This document shows positions 29,435-39,684 of a DNA stretch of 64,000 nucleotides, in pieces. The DNA is from Spirochaetia bacterium. Lineage in GTDB: Bacteria > Spirochaetota > Spirochaetia > SZUA-6 > Bin103. Where the stretch lies: NCBI GenBank assembly GCA_965203905.1, contig CBDBDQ010000005.1, forward strand, positions 6,464,001 to 6,528,000, in the 5' to 3' direction. The translations under genes were made by a program, and so were the position numbers. The notes beneath the pieces are model-generated. The model was given only the letters and a program-made list of their open reading frames with translations, made no database searches and was not told the origin of the DNA. Within the stretch, counting starts at the first letter, position 1, and every line of letters starts with the position of its first letter.

Positions 29435-30487
29435 TCAGGCCTCGGGAGGAGCGTGAACCACGCGCGGGAGCATGCGCTCCAGGTCGGCGGCGTAGGCAAA
29501 CAGCGCCGGCGTGCCGCCGGTGTGCACGAACACCACCGCCTGATCGGCACGGTAGCGGCCCGCGCGCACGTCGGCGACCAGCGCGGCCATCGCCTTGGCG
29601 GTGTAGGCGGGGTCGAGCAGCACGCCTTCCAGACGCGCCAGCAGCGCCAGCGCCTCCATGCCGTCCGCGGTGGCGCGGCCGTAACCGGAGCCGACGTAGC
29701 CGCCGTCGACCGACACCTGTTCCGGCGTCAGGGCGGCGGGCAGGTCGAGCAGTCGCGCGGCGTCGTTGGCCATCTCGGCGATGCCGGCAGCCTCGTCCCA
29801 GGGCCAGCGGATCGGCAGGATGCTGTGCACCGGACAGCGCGCAGTGAGCAGCGCGGCACCCAGGCTCAGGCCCGCCCCGGTGGCGCCACCGGCGCTGGTG
29901 TAGACCGCCGCCGGGGTCACCTGCCGCTCGCGGAGCTGATCGTCGACCTCGGCCATGGCCAGCACGTAGCTCACCGCCGCACGCCCCCACAGCGCGCGCG
30001 AGTGCTCGTACACCACCCGCCCCGCGGCGCGGAACCGCTGCGCGCGCTCGGCGATCACCGCGTCCAGCGCCGGACCGATGGTGGCGTCCACGAACTCGTA
30101 GCTGGCCCCGGCGATGTGGTCCAGCAGCAGGTTCCCCTGCAGCTCGGTGCTGCTCTCGCCGCGCGCCAGCACGAGGTGGATGTCGAGGCCGAGCCGCGCG
30201 CACGCCGCCGCGGTCTGGCGGCAGTTGTTGGACTGCACGCCGGCGCCCCAGACCACCAGGTCGGCGCCATCCGCCAGCGCCTGGCCGAGCAGGAACTCAT
30301 TGTGGCGGGTCTTGTTGCCGCCGAAGGCGAGGCCGGTGCAGTCGTCACGCTTGATGAAGATGCGCGGGCCGCCGAGGCGCTCGGCCAGCCGCGGCAGTTC
30401 CTCCAACGGCGTCGGCAGATGGGCCAGGGCCACGCGCGGCAGAGCGGCGGCGCGTTGCCGCAACTGATCGCTGGTAATGGTAGACAT
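29435..30487 (-). CDS. D-cysteine desulfhydrase / ACC deaminase family PLP enzyme
   Basis: KRDDCTGLAFGGNKTR, QSNNCR, EGVLLDPAYTAK, HTGG. Confidence 0.92.
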   Translation of the reverse strand: MSTITSDQLRQRAAALPRVALAHLPTPLEELPRLAERLGGPRIFIKRDDCTGLAFGGNKTRHNEFLLGQALADGADLVVWGAGVQSNNCRQTAAACARLGLDIHLVLARGESSTELQGNLLLDHIAGASYEFVDATIGPALDAVIAERAQRFRAAGRVVYEHSRALWGRAAVSYVLAMAEVDDQLRERQVTPAAVYTSAGGATGAGLSLGAALLTARCPVHSILPIRWPWDEAAGIAEMANDAARLLDLPAALTPEQVSVDGGYVGSGYGRATADGMEALALLARLEGVLLDPAYTAKAMAALVADVRAGRYRADQAVVFVHTGGTPALFAYAADLERMLPRVVHAPPEA

Positions 30488-30768
30488 GGTTCTCCATCCG
30501 CAGCCTACCACGTTGTTCGGATCGCGGGCGTCGTGCCATTCGCTGGGCCCGCTGGGCGGTGTCCCGGTGCCGGTGGACGATGGCCGGGTATTCCAGCGCG
30601 TAGTCTGACCGAAGCCGCCGGTTACGGTACTCGGTGCGTCCAGAGGAATCCGTCAGCCTCCATGGATTGATGTACATTCCGATTGGGGTATACTTGGACT
30701 TGGAACGACAATATGGCGATATCAGTCTCGACTACGGGGCCGTGCTAGATCCTGGTGGATTTAACGTG

Positions 30769-31905
30769 ATGACCGAGAATCGCATTCGGATCTTGGAAAT
30801 CGGCAATTTCAAGAGCATCGACACGCTCCGAATACGCGCGCTCTCGCCGTTCTCGGTATTCGCCGGATCGAACGGATCAGGCAAGAGCAACTTTGTCGAT
30901 GCTCTCGACTTTGTCAGCGTTTTCGTACGTCACGGAATAGAAGCCGCGTTGCACAAGCATGGTGGAATCCAGAATATCCGTTCCCGAAAACGTCAGGCCA
31001 CTGCAGCTCGTCAGTTCAGTTTTTCTATCAGTTGTGAATTTGTCGATGGACACGAACAGGTATCGGTGTTCGATTACTCTCTCCGCATACATGACCTTTA
31101 TCGAAACCCTGTGCCAGAGGAATTTCTTGATATCGACGGAACTCGAGTTCTTTCCCGAAAAAGACGCAGTGGGTTCATCCATCTGCGGGAGAATCCTGAG
31201 ATCCAACGATTTCCGGACATATATTCTTCCTTGTCGCTGCTACCGGACAATAAGCTCACCAGGTTTCTGAAGCACTTGAACGTATATCGGATCGATCCCG
31301 TTGACGCCAAGGCGACCGACAAGAGCAACGTCGATGCGACACGATTAGCCAGCGACGGTAGCAATCTGGCGAGTGTCTTGCGGCGTCTGGAGAGTAACCG
31401 CGAGGCCTCCGCAGACATCCTGGACTGGATGCAGATGATTGTTCCGGGAGTGGCCACGATTCAGACTCGGCAGCGAACCGCGGACAACAGTACCGCCCTT
31501 TTGTTCGAGGAAACCGGGTCTGCGAAGCGGTTCCCAGCGAACCTCGTCTCCGACGGCACGGTTTATGCGCTCTGTATGCTGGTTGCCGTGCTTGGAGCTC
31601 CGGCCGGGAATGGGATGACGTTGATCGAGGAGCCGGAACGAGGCTTGCACGCCAAGGCTATCCGTGAGCTGGTGGATCTCATGCGCCAGCAAGCGTCGTC
31701 CGACCGTCCCATCTGGCTGACCACGCATAGCGAGTCGGTAGTTCGGGCACTTCACCTCAGCGAGCTAGTGCTAGTGGACAAGGTGGATGGGAACACGACC
31801 ATGAAGCGAGCCGATAGTGGGAATCTGAAGCAGCATGATCTTGCCCCCTTGACCGTTGACGAGGCGTGGCTGACAAACCTCCTGGATGGTGGGCTGCCGT
31901 GGTAA
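30769..31905 (+). CDS. ABC-type ATPase (AAA_21/AAA_15-like)
   Basis: GNFKSI, Walker A GSNGSGKSN, signature VSDGT, Walker B IEEPE, H-loop TTHS; lower GC. Confidence 0.9.
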   Translation: MTENRIRILEIGNFKSIDTLRIRALSPFSVFAGSNGSGKSNFVDALDFVSVFVRHGIEAALHKHGGIQNIRSRKRQATAARQFSFSISCEFVDGHEQVSVFDYSLRIHDLYRNPVPEEFLDIDGTRVLSRKRRSGFIHLRENPEIQRFPDIYSSLSLLPDNKLTRFLKHLNVYRIDPVDAKATDKSNVDATRLASDGSNLASVLRRLESNREASADILDWMQMIVPGVATIQTRQRTADNSTALLFEETGSAKRFPANLVSDGTVYALCMLVAVLGAPAGNGMTLIEEPERGLHAKAIRELVDLMRQQASSDRPIWLTTHSESVVRALHLSELVLVDKVDGNTTMKRADSGNLKQHDLAPLTVDEAWLTNLLDGGLPW

Positions 31906-32489
31906 CCGTTGGGTTCGTGGTCGAAGGAGCATCCGAGTCGGAACTGGTGAAGAGTGACATTTTTTGCAACTGGCTACGGCAACATGGAAATATGATAGTC
32001 GTCGACCCAGTGGTTGATGCCGGAGGCAATGGTGGGCAGTGCAAACGAAACATCAAGGTTCACGTGGCGAGACTTAGGACACAGGCTCGACCGAACAGAG
32101 TATTGGTGCTAGCCGATCTAGATCCAGAGGATTGTGCACCATGTATCAGAGAGCGGAAGGAAATAATAGGATCCGATGGCATCGACCTTGTTGTGATTGC
32201 GCGACAGGCGATTGAATCATGGTTGCTGGCGGACACCGACGCAATGCAGAGGTGGTTGGATGACACCAACTTCTATGAAGCCAAGCCGGAACTGCCCAGG
32301 GAAACGTCCTGGGATCGACGAAAGGAGATAAGTCGCGAAAGGGATCGGAGAGGGCCAGGGAAAAGCAGACTGGTATTTGCCAGAAAGATGGTCCGACGCT
32401 ATCAATTCGATGTCGCTCGTGCAGCTCAACATCGACACTGTCCGAGCGCCCGCTACTTTGTCGACAGGTTGCGTCAGTTGGCTACCTGA
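31899..32489 (+). CDS. TOPRIM-like protein (DUF4276/RloB/DUF4435-like)
   Basis: FVVEGASE, LADLD, IESWLLAD; start overlaps the ATPase end; lower GC. Confidence 0.8.
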   Translation: MVTVGFVVEGASESELVKSDIFCNWLRQHGNMIVVDPVVDAGGNGGQCKRNIKVHVARLRTQARPNRVLVLADLDPEDCAPCIRERKEIIGSDGIDLVVIARQAIESWLLADTDAMQRWLDDTNFYEAKPELPRETSWDRRKEISRERDRRGPGKSRLVFARKMVRRYQFDVARAAQHRHCPSARYFVDRLRQLAT

Positions 32490-32675
32490 ATATACAACAG
32501 GCAGTCTGGAAGCGGCCTGATTTCATGAGATCCTCGAGCGCCGTCACTGATCTGTGACATTGCCGAGGTCGGTCCGACAAGACTCTATCCGAGCCTTCGT
32601 AAACGGATTCCTCCGTACCTGGCCCGCGGGGATGTCCTTTTCCTGTCGCAGCGGGTCTGGTACGCTGCACGCAAC

Positions 32676-34118
32676 GTGACGGGACGCCCCAACATCCTCT
32701 GGATCTGCACCGATCAGCAGCGCTACGACACCATCGGCTGCCTGAACAATCCGCATATTGACACCCCGGTCCTCGACCGGCTCTGCGCCGAGGGCGTCGC
32801 CTTCAGCCGCACCTACTGCCAGAGTCCGGTGTGCCAGCCGAGCCGGGCCAGCTTCCTCAGCGGCCTCTACCCCAACACCGTGCACGTGAACCGCAACGGC
32901 AACAGCTATTTTCCCGCCAACGAGCGGGTGCGGCTGATCACGCGCCGCCTCGCCGACGTCGGCTACGACTGCGGCCTGGCCGGCAAGCTGCACCTGGCCT
33001 CGGCCTGGACCGGCGTCGAGGCGCGCGCCGACGACGGCTACCGGGTATTCCACTACAGCGTGTCCGCCACCCAGTTCGTGGGCCGCGGCAACGCCTACAG
33101 CGACTGGCTGCAGCAGATCGGGCGGCTGGACGAGGTGCTGGACACCAGCGTGGTCGACGAAGCCCGCAACCGCGGCGCCCGCTACCGTCCGGACGTTCCG
33201 GCGGAGCTGCACCAGACCACCTGGTGTGCCGACCGCGCCATCGACTTCATGAGCGAACACCGCGACGGGCCGTGGCTGATGAGCGTCAACATCTTCGACC
33301 CGCACGGTCCGTTCGACGCTCCCCTCTCCTACCGGCGCCCGTACGACGGACGGGAGCTGCCACCGGCGATCTACGCCGGACGCGACGCCGCGACGCAGGA
33401 ACGGTTGCAAGGCGCCTTTTTCCAGAGCGAACCGCAGCCGCCCGGGGAGCGGCAGCGACAGCAGAAGGCGAGCTACTACGGCATGGTCACGCTGATCGAC
33501 GAGCAGGTCGGGCGCATGCTGGAGGCCCTGGAAGCCACCGGCCAGCGTGACGACACCGTGGTGATCTTCACCTCCGACCACGGCGAGATGCTCGGCGACC
33601 ACGGCCTGACCGGGAAGGGCTGCCGCTTCTACGAGGGCGCGGTGCGGGTACCGCTGATCGTGTTGTGGCCTGGAGTATTCCAGTCCGGGGTGGTGGCGGA
33701 AGGTCTGGCGGAGCTCACCGACCTGGCGCCGACGCTGGCCGAGCTGGCCGGTCTGGAGCCGGGCTGGACCCACGGCCGCTCGCTGGTGCCGATCCTGACC
33801 GGGAAGGCCGATCCGGCCCACCACCGCCCGTTCGTGCGCTGCGAGTACTACGACGCGCTCAACATGTATCTGCCGCAGGAGCCGGGGCGCCACACCTCAT
33901 GCTGGGCGACCATGTACCGCGACGAACGCCACAAGCTGGTGAACTACCACGGCCTCGACCATGGCGAGCTGTACGATCTGGACGCCGATCCGGAGGAGAT
34001 CGACAACCTCTGGGAGCAGCCGGCCGCGGCCGCGCTGCGCGCGACCCTCACCCAGCGCAGCTTCGACGCCACGGTGGCGGCCTGCGATCCCGGACCCGCG
34101 CAGATCGGGCGCTTCTGA
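32676..34118 (+). CDS. Cys-type sulfatase
   Basis: PNILWICTDQQR, CQPSRASFLSG (CxPxR), GKLHL, PHGP, SDHG. Confidence 0.93.
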   Translation: MTGRPNILWICTDQQRYDTIGCLNNPHIDTPVLDRLCAEGVAFSRTYCQSPVCQPSRASFLSGLYPNTVHVNRNGNSYFPANERVRLITRRLADVGYDCGLAGKLHLASAWTGVEARADDGYRVFHYSVSATQFVGRGNAYSDWLQQIGRLDEVLDTSVVDEARNRGARYRPDVPAELHQTTWCADRAIDFMSEHRDGPWLMSVNIFDPHGPFDAPLSYRRPYDGRELPPAIYAGRDAATQERLQGAFFQSEPQPPGERQRQQKASYYGMVTLIDEQVGRMLEALEATGQRDDTVVIFTSDHGEMLGDHGLTGKGCRFYEGAVRVPLIVLWPGVFQSGVVAEGLAELTDLAPTLAELAGLEPGWTHGRSLVPILTGKADPAHHRPFVRCEYYDALNMYLPQEPGRHTSCWATMYRDERHKLVNYHGLDHGELYDLDADPEEIDNLWEQPAAAALRATLTQRSFDATVAACDPGPAQIGRF

Positions 34119-34146
34119 GCCTACGGTCCAAGAATCGGCAGACCCA

Positions 34147-34836
34147 ATGGCATCCGGCATCACCCTCAGCGCTTCCGTGATCTGCGCCGATCCGCTGCAC
34201 CTGCAGCGCGACCTGGCGCTGCTGGCGGAGCACGGCTTCGCCCTGCACTTCGACATGATGGATGGCCACTTCGTGCCGGGGCTCGGCCTCCATCCGGGCC
34301 TGCTCGGCCGCATCACCGGCGCGCTGTCGGCGCCGGTCGACGTGCACCTGATGGTGAGTGATCCACTGCCATGGATCGAGCCGGTGGCCGCCGCCGGAGC
34401 GACCCTGGTGAGCTTTCACGTGGAAGCGCCGGCCGACGCCTACACCGTCCTGCACCGGATCCGTTGCGTGCGTACCGCTGCCGGCGGTGCGCTGCGGGCC
34501 GGGATCGCGCTGCGGCCGCTGACGCCGCTGGCCGCGCTGGAGCCGCTGCTGGAGCACGTCGACGCGGTGTTGCTGATGGCCTACGCGCCGGGCACCACCG
34601 GCCAGCCTCCCCTGCCTCGCTTCGCGGAGCGCATCGGCGCGCTGCGCCGGCTGCTGGAAGCGCACGGCCGGGACGCGGTGCAAATCATCGTCGACGGCGG
34701 CGTGTCGCAGGAGCTGCTGCCGCGCTACCGCGCCGCCGGCGCCGACGTGTTCGTGTTCGGCACCGCCGGCCTGTTCACCGGCACGGACCGCCTGGCCGCC
34801 AACATCGCCCGCATCAAGCGTCTCGCGGCAGGCTGA
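34147..34836 (+). CDS. Ribulose-phosphate 3-epimerase family protein
   Basis: HFDMMDGHFVP, DVHLM, VDGG. Confidence 0.88.
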   Translation: MASGITLSASVICADPLHLQRDLALLAEHGFALHFDMMDGHFVPGLGLHPGLLGRITGALSAPVDVHLMVSDPLPWIEPVAAAGATLVSFHVEAPADAYTVLHRIRCVRTAAGGALRAGIALRPLTPLAALEPLLEHVDAVLLMAYAPGTTGQPPLPRFAERIGALRRLLEAHGRDAVQIIVDGGVSQELLPRYRAAGADVFVFGTAGLFTGTDRLAANIARIKRLAAG

Positions 34837-34891
34837 CGGAGACTGACGGCCGCGCACGGGGCGCCGGGCTCGCGCGCCCGGCGCGGGCACC

Positions 34892-35737
34892 TCAGCCGGC
34901 CCTGCTCTCGGCGAGGCGGTTCGGGGTGCGCTCCAGGTGCTGCTGCGGCCAGACGATGCTGCGCCGGCGTGGGGTCAGGCGCGCCAGCAGCTCGGGGGAG
35001 GGCTGATAGCCGAAGCGGAAGTTGCCCCACGACGGCCCGTAGCGGTTCACCACGATGCGGCGCTCTCCGGGGTTGCGGCGGGGTGCCGAGCCGTGGGTGC
35101 AGCAGTCGACGAACAGCAGCGCGTCGCCGGCACCCAGGTGTACCTCGGTGCTGCCCTCGATCTCGGCGGCTGAAGGCCGCCCGTCGACTCCCATGGAGTA
35201 CTGTCTGAATTCGGGATGCTCGAAATTACTCTTGTGGGAACCGGGGATCAGCACCGTGCCGCCGTCTCCGGGGCCGATATCGGTCAGCGCCACGAGCACG
35301 TTGATCTGGTTGCAGTGGAACCTGCCCCCCAGGACGCGGAACTGGCAGCGGCTCAGGCCCAGGTGGCCGCCGTTGTGCAGGCCGATCGCCTCGCCGGGGC
35401 CGCGGAAGTTGGCAAAGTTCTCGTCGATGAACAGCGGCCCGTGGTGCTCGTCGAAGGTGCCCTCGCCGCCCACGAAGTGGCGCACCTTGTCGAACCACGC
35501 CGGGTGGTCGATCAGGCGCTCGAACGGTGTCCCCGCCTCGTAGATCTGCTGGTAGTTGAGGCCGTCGTGGTCGTCGAAGCTGTGGGCGTGCACGTAGCCG
35601 TACCACTCCCCCAGCGCCAGCCGCGGAATCGCGTCCAGGCAGGCGTTCAGTTCGCCGACCTCGGCTTGCGACAGGGCTCCCTCCAGCACCAGGAAGCCGC
35701 GCAGATCGAAGAGATAGATGTCGCGGTCGGTAACCAT
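34892..35737 (-). CDS. PhyH-family Fe(II)/2OG enzyme with HxG motif
   Basis: FDLRGF, LHNGG, DGGTVLIPGSHK, THGS, RRIVV. Confidence 0.88.
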   Translation of the reverse strand: MVTDRDIYLFDLRGFLVLEGALSQAEVGELNACLDAIPRLALGEWYGYVHAHSFDDHDGLNYQQIYEAGTPFERLIDHPAWFDKVRHFVGGEGTFDEHHGPLFIDENFANFRGPGEAIGLHNGGHLGLSRCQFRVLGGRFHCNQINVLVALTDIGPGDGGTVLIPGSHKSNFEHPEFRQYSMGVDGRPSAAEIEGSTEVHLGAGDALLFVDCCTHGSAPRRNPGERRIVVNRYGPSWGNFRFGYQPSPELLARLTPRRRSIVWPQQHLERTPNRLAESRAG

Positions 35738-35777
35738 TGGCAGTCGGCGGCGATCGTAGGCGCGGCCGTCACCGCGG

Positions 35778-36386
35778 TCAAGGCGCCGTGCCGCGGGCGC
35801 CGCCGGCACCGCCCGCGCGATCCAGCAGGCTGGTGACCATGCGCCAGGTCATGCCCCAGATGAGCTGGCGCCCGAAGCGGATCGCCGGCAGCCGGCGCGT
35901 GGCGCCGTCCGCCACGCGTTCCAGCGTAGCGCGGTTGCGGGTGTCGCTGAGGTGGGCGAGCGCAATCCAGTAAGCCGCGGTCACCTCCCCGGGATCCGGT
36001 TCCAGCGCGGGCGGCTCGGCGCCGGCGTAGAACACGAACGGCGCCACGCTGCCCGCCGTCGGCCGGCCGGCCCGGACCAGAGGAATCACCGGGCCCGCGC
36101 CGAGGTACTGGTAGCGTTCGAGCCGCAGTCCGACCTCTTCGCTCGTCTCCCGTACCGCGGCGTCCCACAGGCTGGCGTCGGCGGGGCTGACTCGTCCCCC
36201 GGGCAGCGCCATCTGGCCCGACCAGGGATCGCGCGGGTGCGTGGCCCGCTGAATGAAGCACAGGCTCAGGTCACGGTCCGCGCCCGCGAAGATCAGGGCC
36301 ACCGCGGCCTGTTCCAGGAGCGGCGCCGGCGGCCGCGGGTGCTCGCGACTGCCGGCCACGGCTCGCCGGATCGCGGCGACGGTCAC
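35778..36386 (-). CDS. Nudix CoA pyrophosphatase
   Basis: WSGQMALPGGR...AAVRETSEEVG Nudix box; IWGMT. Confidence 0.9.
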   Translation of the reverse strand: MTVAAIRRAVAGSREHPRPPAPLLEQAAVALIFAGADRDLSLCFIQRATHPRDPWSGQMALPGGRVSPADASLWDAAVRETSEEVGLRLERYQYLGAGPVIPLVRAGRPTAGSVAPFVFYAGAEPPALEPDPGEVTAAYWIALAHLSDTRNRATLERVADGATRRLPAIRFGRQLIWGMTWRMVTSLLDRAGGAGGARGTAP

Positions 36387-36490
36387 TGGAGGAGTCCTTC
36401 GGTGCCGGAAGACACGACGCCGACAGTGTACCGCCGGGGGTCGGACCAGGGGCAATTGACTTGGCGTCGCGCTTGTACGATGCTCGCGTC

Positions 36491-37351
36491 ATGCTGAGTG
36501 AACAACAGGTGCAGTCATACCGCGAGGACGGCTACCTGGCGGTTCCCGGCGTGCTCAGCGCGGCGGAGGTCGCCGACCTGCAGCGCGTGACCGACGAGAT
36601 GGTGGAAGCCAGCCGCAGCGTGGAAGCGCATACCGATGTTTACGACCTGGAGCCCGGGCACTGCGCGGCGGAGCCGCGGGTGCGGCGCATCAAGTCCCCC
36701 GACCTGCAGCACGAGGTCTACGCCCGCACCCTGCGCCACCCGACCATCCTCGACATCGTCGAGCAGCTCGTCGGTCCCGGCGTGCGCTACCAGAGCAGCA
36801 AGCTCAACATGAAGGCGGCCGGCTACGGCAGCCCGGTGGAATGGCACCAGGACTGGGCCTTCTACCCGCACACCAACGACGACATCCTGGCGGTGGGAGT
36901 GTGCATCGACGGCATGAACGAGGAGAACGGCGGCATGCTGGTAGTGCCAGGCAGCCACCGCGGCCCGGTGTTCGACCATCACCAGGACGGCTATTTCGTG
37001 GGCGCCGTCACCGACAGCGAGGTGCCCGCCGAGCAGACGGTACAGCTCCAGGTCCCGGCCGGCGGCATCAGCCTGCACCACGTACGCACCCTGCACGGCT
37101 CGGTGCCCAACCGCTCGCCGCGGCCGCGCCGCCTGCTGCTGTTAGAGATGTGCGCCATCGATGCCTGGCCGCTGGCTAACATGACCGACCTGGACACGTT
37201 CAACGCCCGCATCCTGCGTGGGTCACCCACTCTCACGCCGCGCATGGAGGCGGTACCGGTGCGGATTCCGCTCCCCGGCCACGAGCGCCGCGGATCGATC
37301 TACGAGGTACAGAGCAAGCTGGCGCAGCCGGTGCTGGCCGGCGCCCGTTAA
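36491..37351 (+). CDS. PhyH-family dioxygenase
   Basis: WHQD, NGGMLVVPGSH, LHGS, RR. Confidence 0.92.
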   Translation: MLSEQQVQSYREDGYLAVPGVLSAAEVADLQRVTDEMVEASRSVEAHTDVYDLEPGHCAAEPRVRRIKSPDLQHEVYARTLRHPTILDIVEQLVGPGVRYQSSKLNMKAAGYGSPVEWHQDWAFYPHTNDDILAVGVCIDGMNEENGGMLVVPGSHRGPVFDHHQDGYFVGAVTDSEVPAEQTVQLQVPAGGISLHHVRTLHGSVPNRSPRPRRLLLLEMCAIDAWPLANMTDLDTFNARILRGSPTLTPRMEAVPVRIPLPGHERRGSIYEVQSKLAQPVLAGAR

Positions 37352-37371
37352 GGTCAAGGCAGGCGAGTCGC

Positions 37372-38283
37372 TCAGCCGCGATACTCGGTCGAGAGCTCCC
37401 GCTCCACCACCTCGCGGCGGTGGCCCTCCCAGTAGTACTGGAAGCGGTCCGACTTCCAACCGGCGTACACCTCTTCCCAGGTGACCCGGCCCTGGTGAAC
37501 GCCCAGGTTCTTGTTCATGATCTTGGCGTCGAACCTCTGGTAGCGGTAGTCGACCGACAGGCGGATGCGGTCGCCGGAGTGGTTGGGCAGGCCCTGGTGC
37601 ACGGTCTTGCTGTGGAAGAACAGGGTGTCGCCCGTTGCGAAGGGACTGGACATCCACTCGCCGTCGAGCCATTCCGACTCCACGCTGAGGCCGCCCGCCC
37701 CCTTCGCCTCGCGCACCGGCAGGATGCCGCGCTCATGCGACCCGCGCAGCACCGCCAGCCCGCCGAGCTGCGCCGGACAGGGCCCCAGGGGGATCCACGC
37801 GGTCCACACCTCGGGCGTGCCCTGCACCAGGATGAAGTCCTGGTGCGGAGGGGTGGTGAACTCCAGCTTGTTCGGGAACAAGACCCGGGCGATGGTGCTC
37901 GGCTGTGGCATCGCGGGCGCACCGAGCAACGCCTCCGCCACCTTCAGCAGCGCGGGATCGTGCGCCATGGTGTGGAACGACTCCAGCTTCTGGATGGTGT
38001 CGTAGATGGGATTGAACTCCGGCGTCCCTATGATCCGGGCTTCCTGGGTGGAGACCGCAGCGAGCGGATCGGTGCCGGCGTCGAGCCAGCCGACGTCATC
38101 GAGGATCGCGGTGATGTCGCTTCGCAACCGCCCGATGGCGTCCTCCGGCACCAGCCCGCGGATGAATACGTAGCCGTCGTCGCGCGCGCGTGCCCGCAGG
38201 TCGGCCGCTCGATCTACAAGGTCGTCGCTCACCGTGAACGGGACGCAGCGCCGCTGTTCGGTGCCGACCTGAACCATGGTCAT
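37372..38283 (-). CDS. PhyH-family dioxygenase
   Basis: PHQD, GGLAVLRGSH, VHQG, RLSVDYR. Confidence 0.92.
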   Translation of the reverse strand: MTMVQVGTEQRRCVPFTVSDDLVDRAADLRARARDDGYVFIRGLVPEDAIGRLRSDITAILDDVGWLDAGTDPLAAVSTQEARIIGTPEFNPIYDTIQKLESFHTMAHDPALLKVAEALLGAPAMPQPSTIARVLFPNKLEFTTPPHQDFILVQGTPEVWTAWIPLGPCPAQLGGLAVLRGSHERGILPVREAKGAGGLSVESEWLDGEWMSSPFATGDTLFFHSKTVHQGLPNHSGDRIRLSVDYRYQRFDAKIMNKNLGVHQGRVTWEEVYAGWKSDRFQYYWEGHRREVVERELSTEYRG

Positions 38284-38444
38284 AGGCGCGATGATACCGT
38301 GGCGGCCGCCTCTGGCAACAGGACCTGTTGCCAGAAGCGATTGTGCGTTCACCGACCAACGACCGAGGTCGGCGCGCCACTGCTCGAACTCTTGCGCTCG
38401 TCCGGCGATTGACGCGGCGGACCGAGCGGCTGTTCAATGGCGGC

Positions 38445-39446
38445 GTGGAGTTCGCCAACCCGATCTACGACGTGGTGTTCAAGTACCTGATGCGGGATCA
38501 GCGCGTCGCCCGTATGCTGATCGGCAGGATCACCGGTCTGACGGTGGAGTCTCTGACGGTGAGCCCGCAGGAGACCGCCGTGCATCGCACGCCGGAGGCG
38601 CCGGACCACGGATTGCCGCTGACGCTGTTGCGGATGGACTTCGCGGCGCGGGTGCGCACCGACGACGGGAGCGAGCGACAGGTGCTGATCGAGATCCAGA
38701 AGGCGAAGGCGCCGACGGTGGTTGAGCGCTTCCGGCGCTACCTGGGACAGCAGATGAGCAGCCGCGAGAACGTGGTCACGCATGCGTCCGGGCGCACGGA
38801 GGCGGTGCCGATCGTGACGATCTACTTTCTGGGCTACGACCTCGGCGTGTCGGACGAGGCGGTGATCGACGTGTGCCCGCGGGTGACCGAGCGGCACACG
38901 GGCCGCGAGTTGGAGGCGAGCCATCCGCTGGTGGAGGGGATCCATCACCGCAGCCACATCATCCAGATACCGCGACTGGCGAGGCGGCGGCGCGACGAGT
39001 TGGAGCGCGTGCTGGCGATCTTCGATCAGGAGTTGGTGAAGGGCAACGGGCGCGGGGACGCGCACGTGCTGACGATCGCGGAGGGGGAGTATCCGGCGGA
39101 GTGCGGATTCGTGCTGAGGCAGTTGCGTGAGGCGATGGCGAAGGAGGAGGTGAGGCGCAACATGCAGGGTGAGGACCTGCTGTTGGAGGACTCGATACTG
39201 TTGGCGAAGCAGGTGGACCACCTGGAGCGGCAGTCCGAGCGGGAGCGGCAGCGCGCGGAGCAGGAAGGGCAACGGGCCGACCAGGAGCGGCAACGCGCGC
39301 AGAGAGCGGAGCAGGATCGGCAACAGGCGGAGTCGAGCCTGGTACGCGCGATCCGCCACCTGTACGGCCTCGGTCAGGAGGTCGACGCGATCGCCGCGGC
39401 GCTGGCGGTCGATCCGGAACGGGTGCGGCAAGTGCTCTCGGAGTAG
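38445..39446 (+). CDS. Rpn-like PD-(D/E)XK nuclease with coiled-coil tail
   Basis: NPIYDVVFKYL, RMDF, IEIQK; (E/Q/R/A)-rich repeats, then short HTH-like end. Confidence 0.8.
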   Translation: MEFANPIYDVVFKYLMRDQRVARMLIGRITGLTVESLTVSPQETAVHRTPEAPDHGLPLTLLRMDFAARVRTDDGSERQVLIEIQKAKAPTVVERFRRYLGQQMSSRENVVTHASGRTEAVPIVTIYFLGYDLGVSDEAVIDVCPRVTERHTGRELEASHPLVEGIHHRSHIIQIPRLARRRRDELERVLAIFDQELVKGNGRGDAHVLTIAEGEYPAECGFVLRQLREAMAKEEVRRNMQGEDLLLEDSILLAKQVDHLERQSERERQRAEQEGQRADQERQRAQRAEQDRQQAESSLVRAIRHLYGLGQEVDAIAAALAVDPERVRQVLSE

Positions 39447-39684
39447 GCGCGAGGCTGACTGGTATCCGATCCTGTTCACCGACAACCAACTGCGGCTACC
39501 GAATGCGCGACGGAAACGCGGTGAGTGCTACCTCAACTCGCTGCCGGCGGCAGCGGCACGGTCGGTTTGCCGTGACCGGTCAGCGATTGCCCACCGCGGG
39601 ACCGCGGGGGTGGTTGTTGCGCTGCGGCCGGGAATGACGTAGCGTGGACCCGTACTACTTGGTCGAACCACGAGGAGGTCGTAC

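Noticed and set aside
39447-39642. Coding-like stretch after the Rpn-like gene
   Set aside because: No start/RBS or recognisable homology; at most an unassignable remnant.
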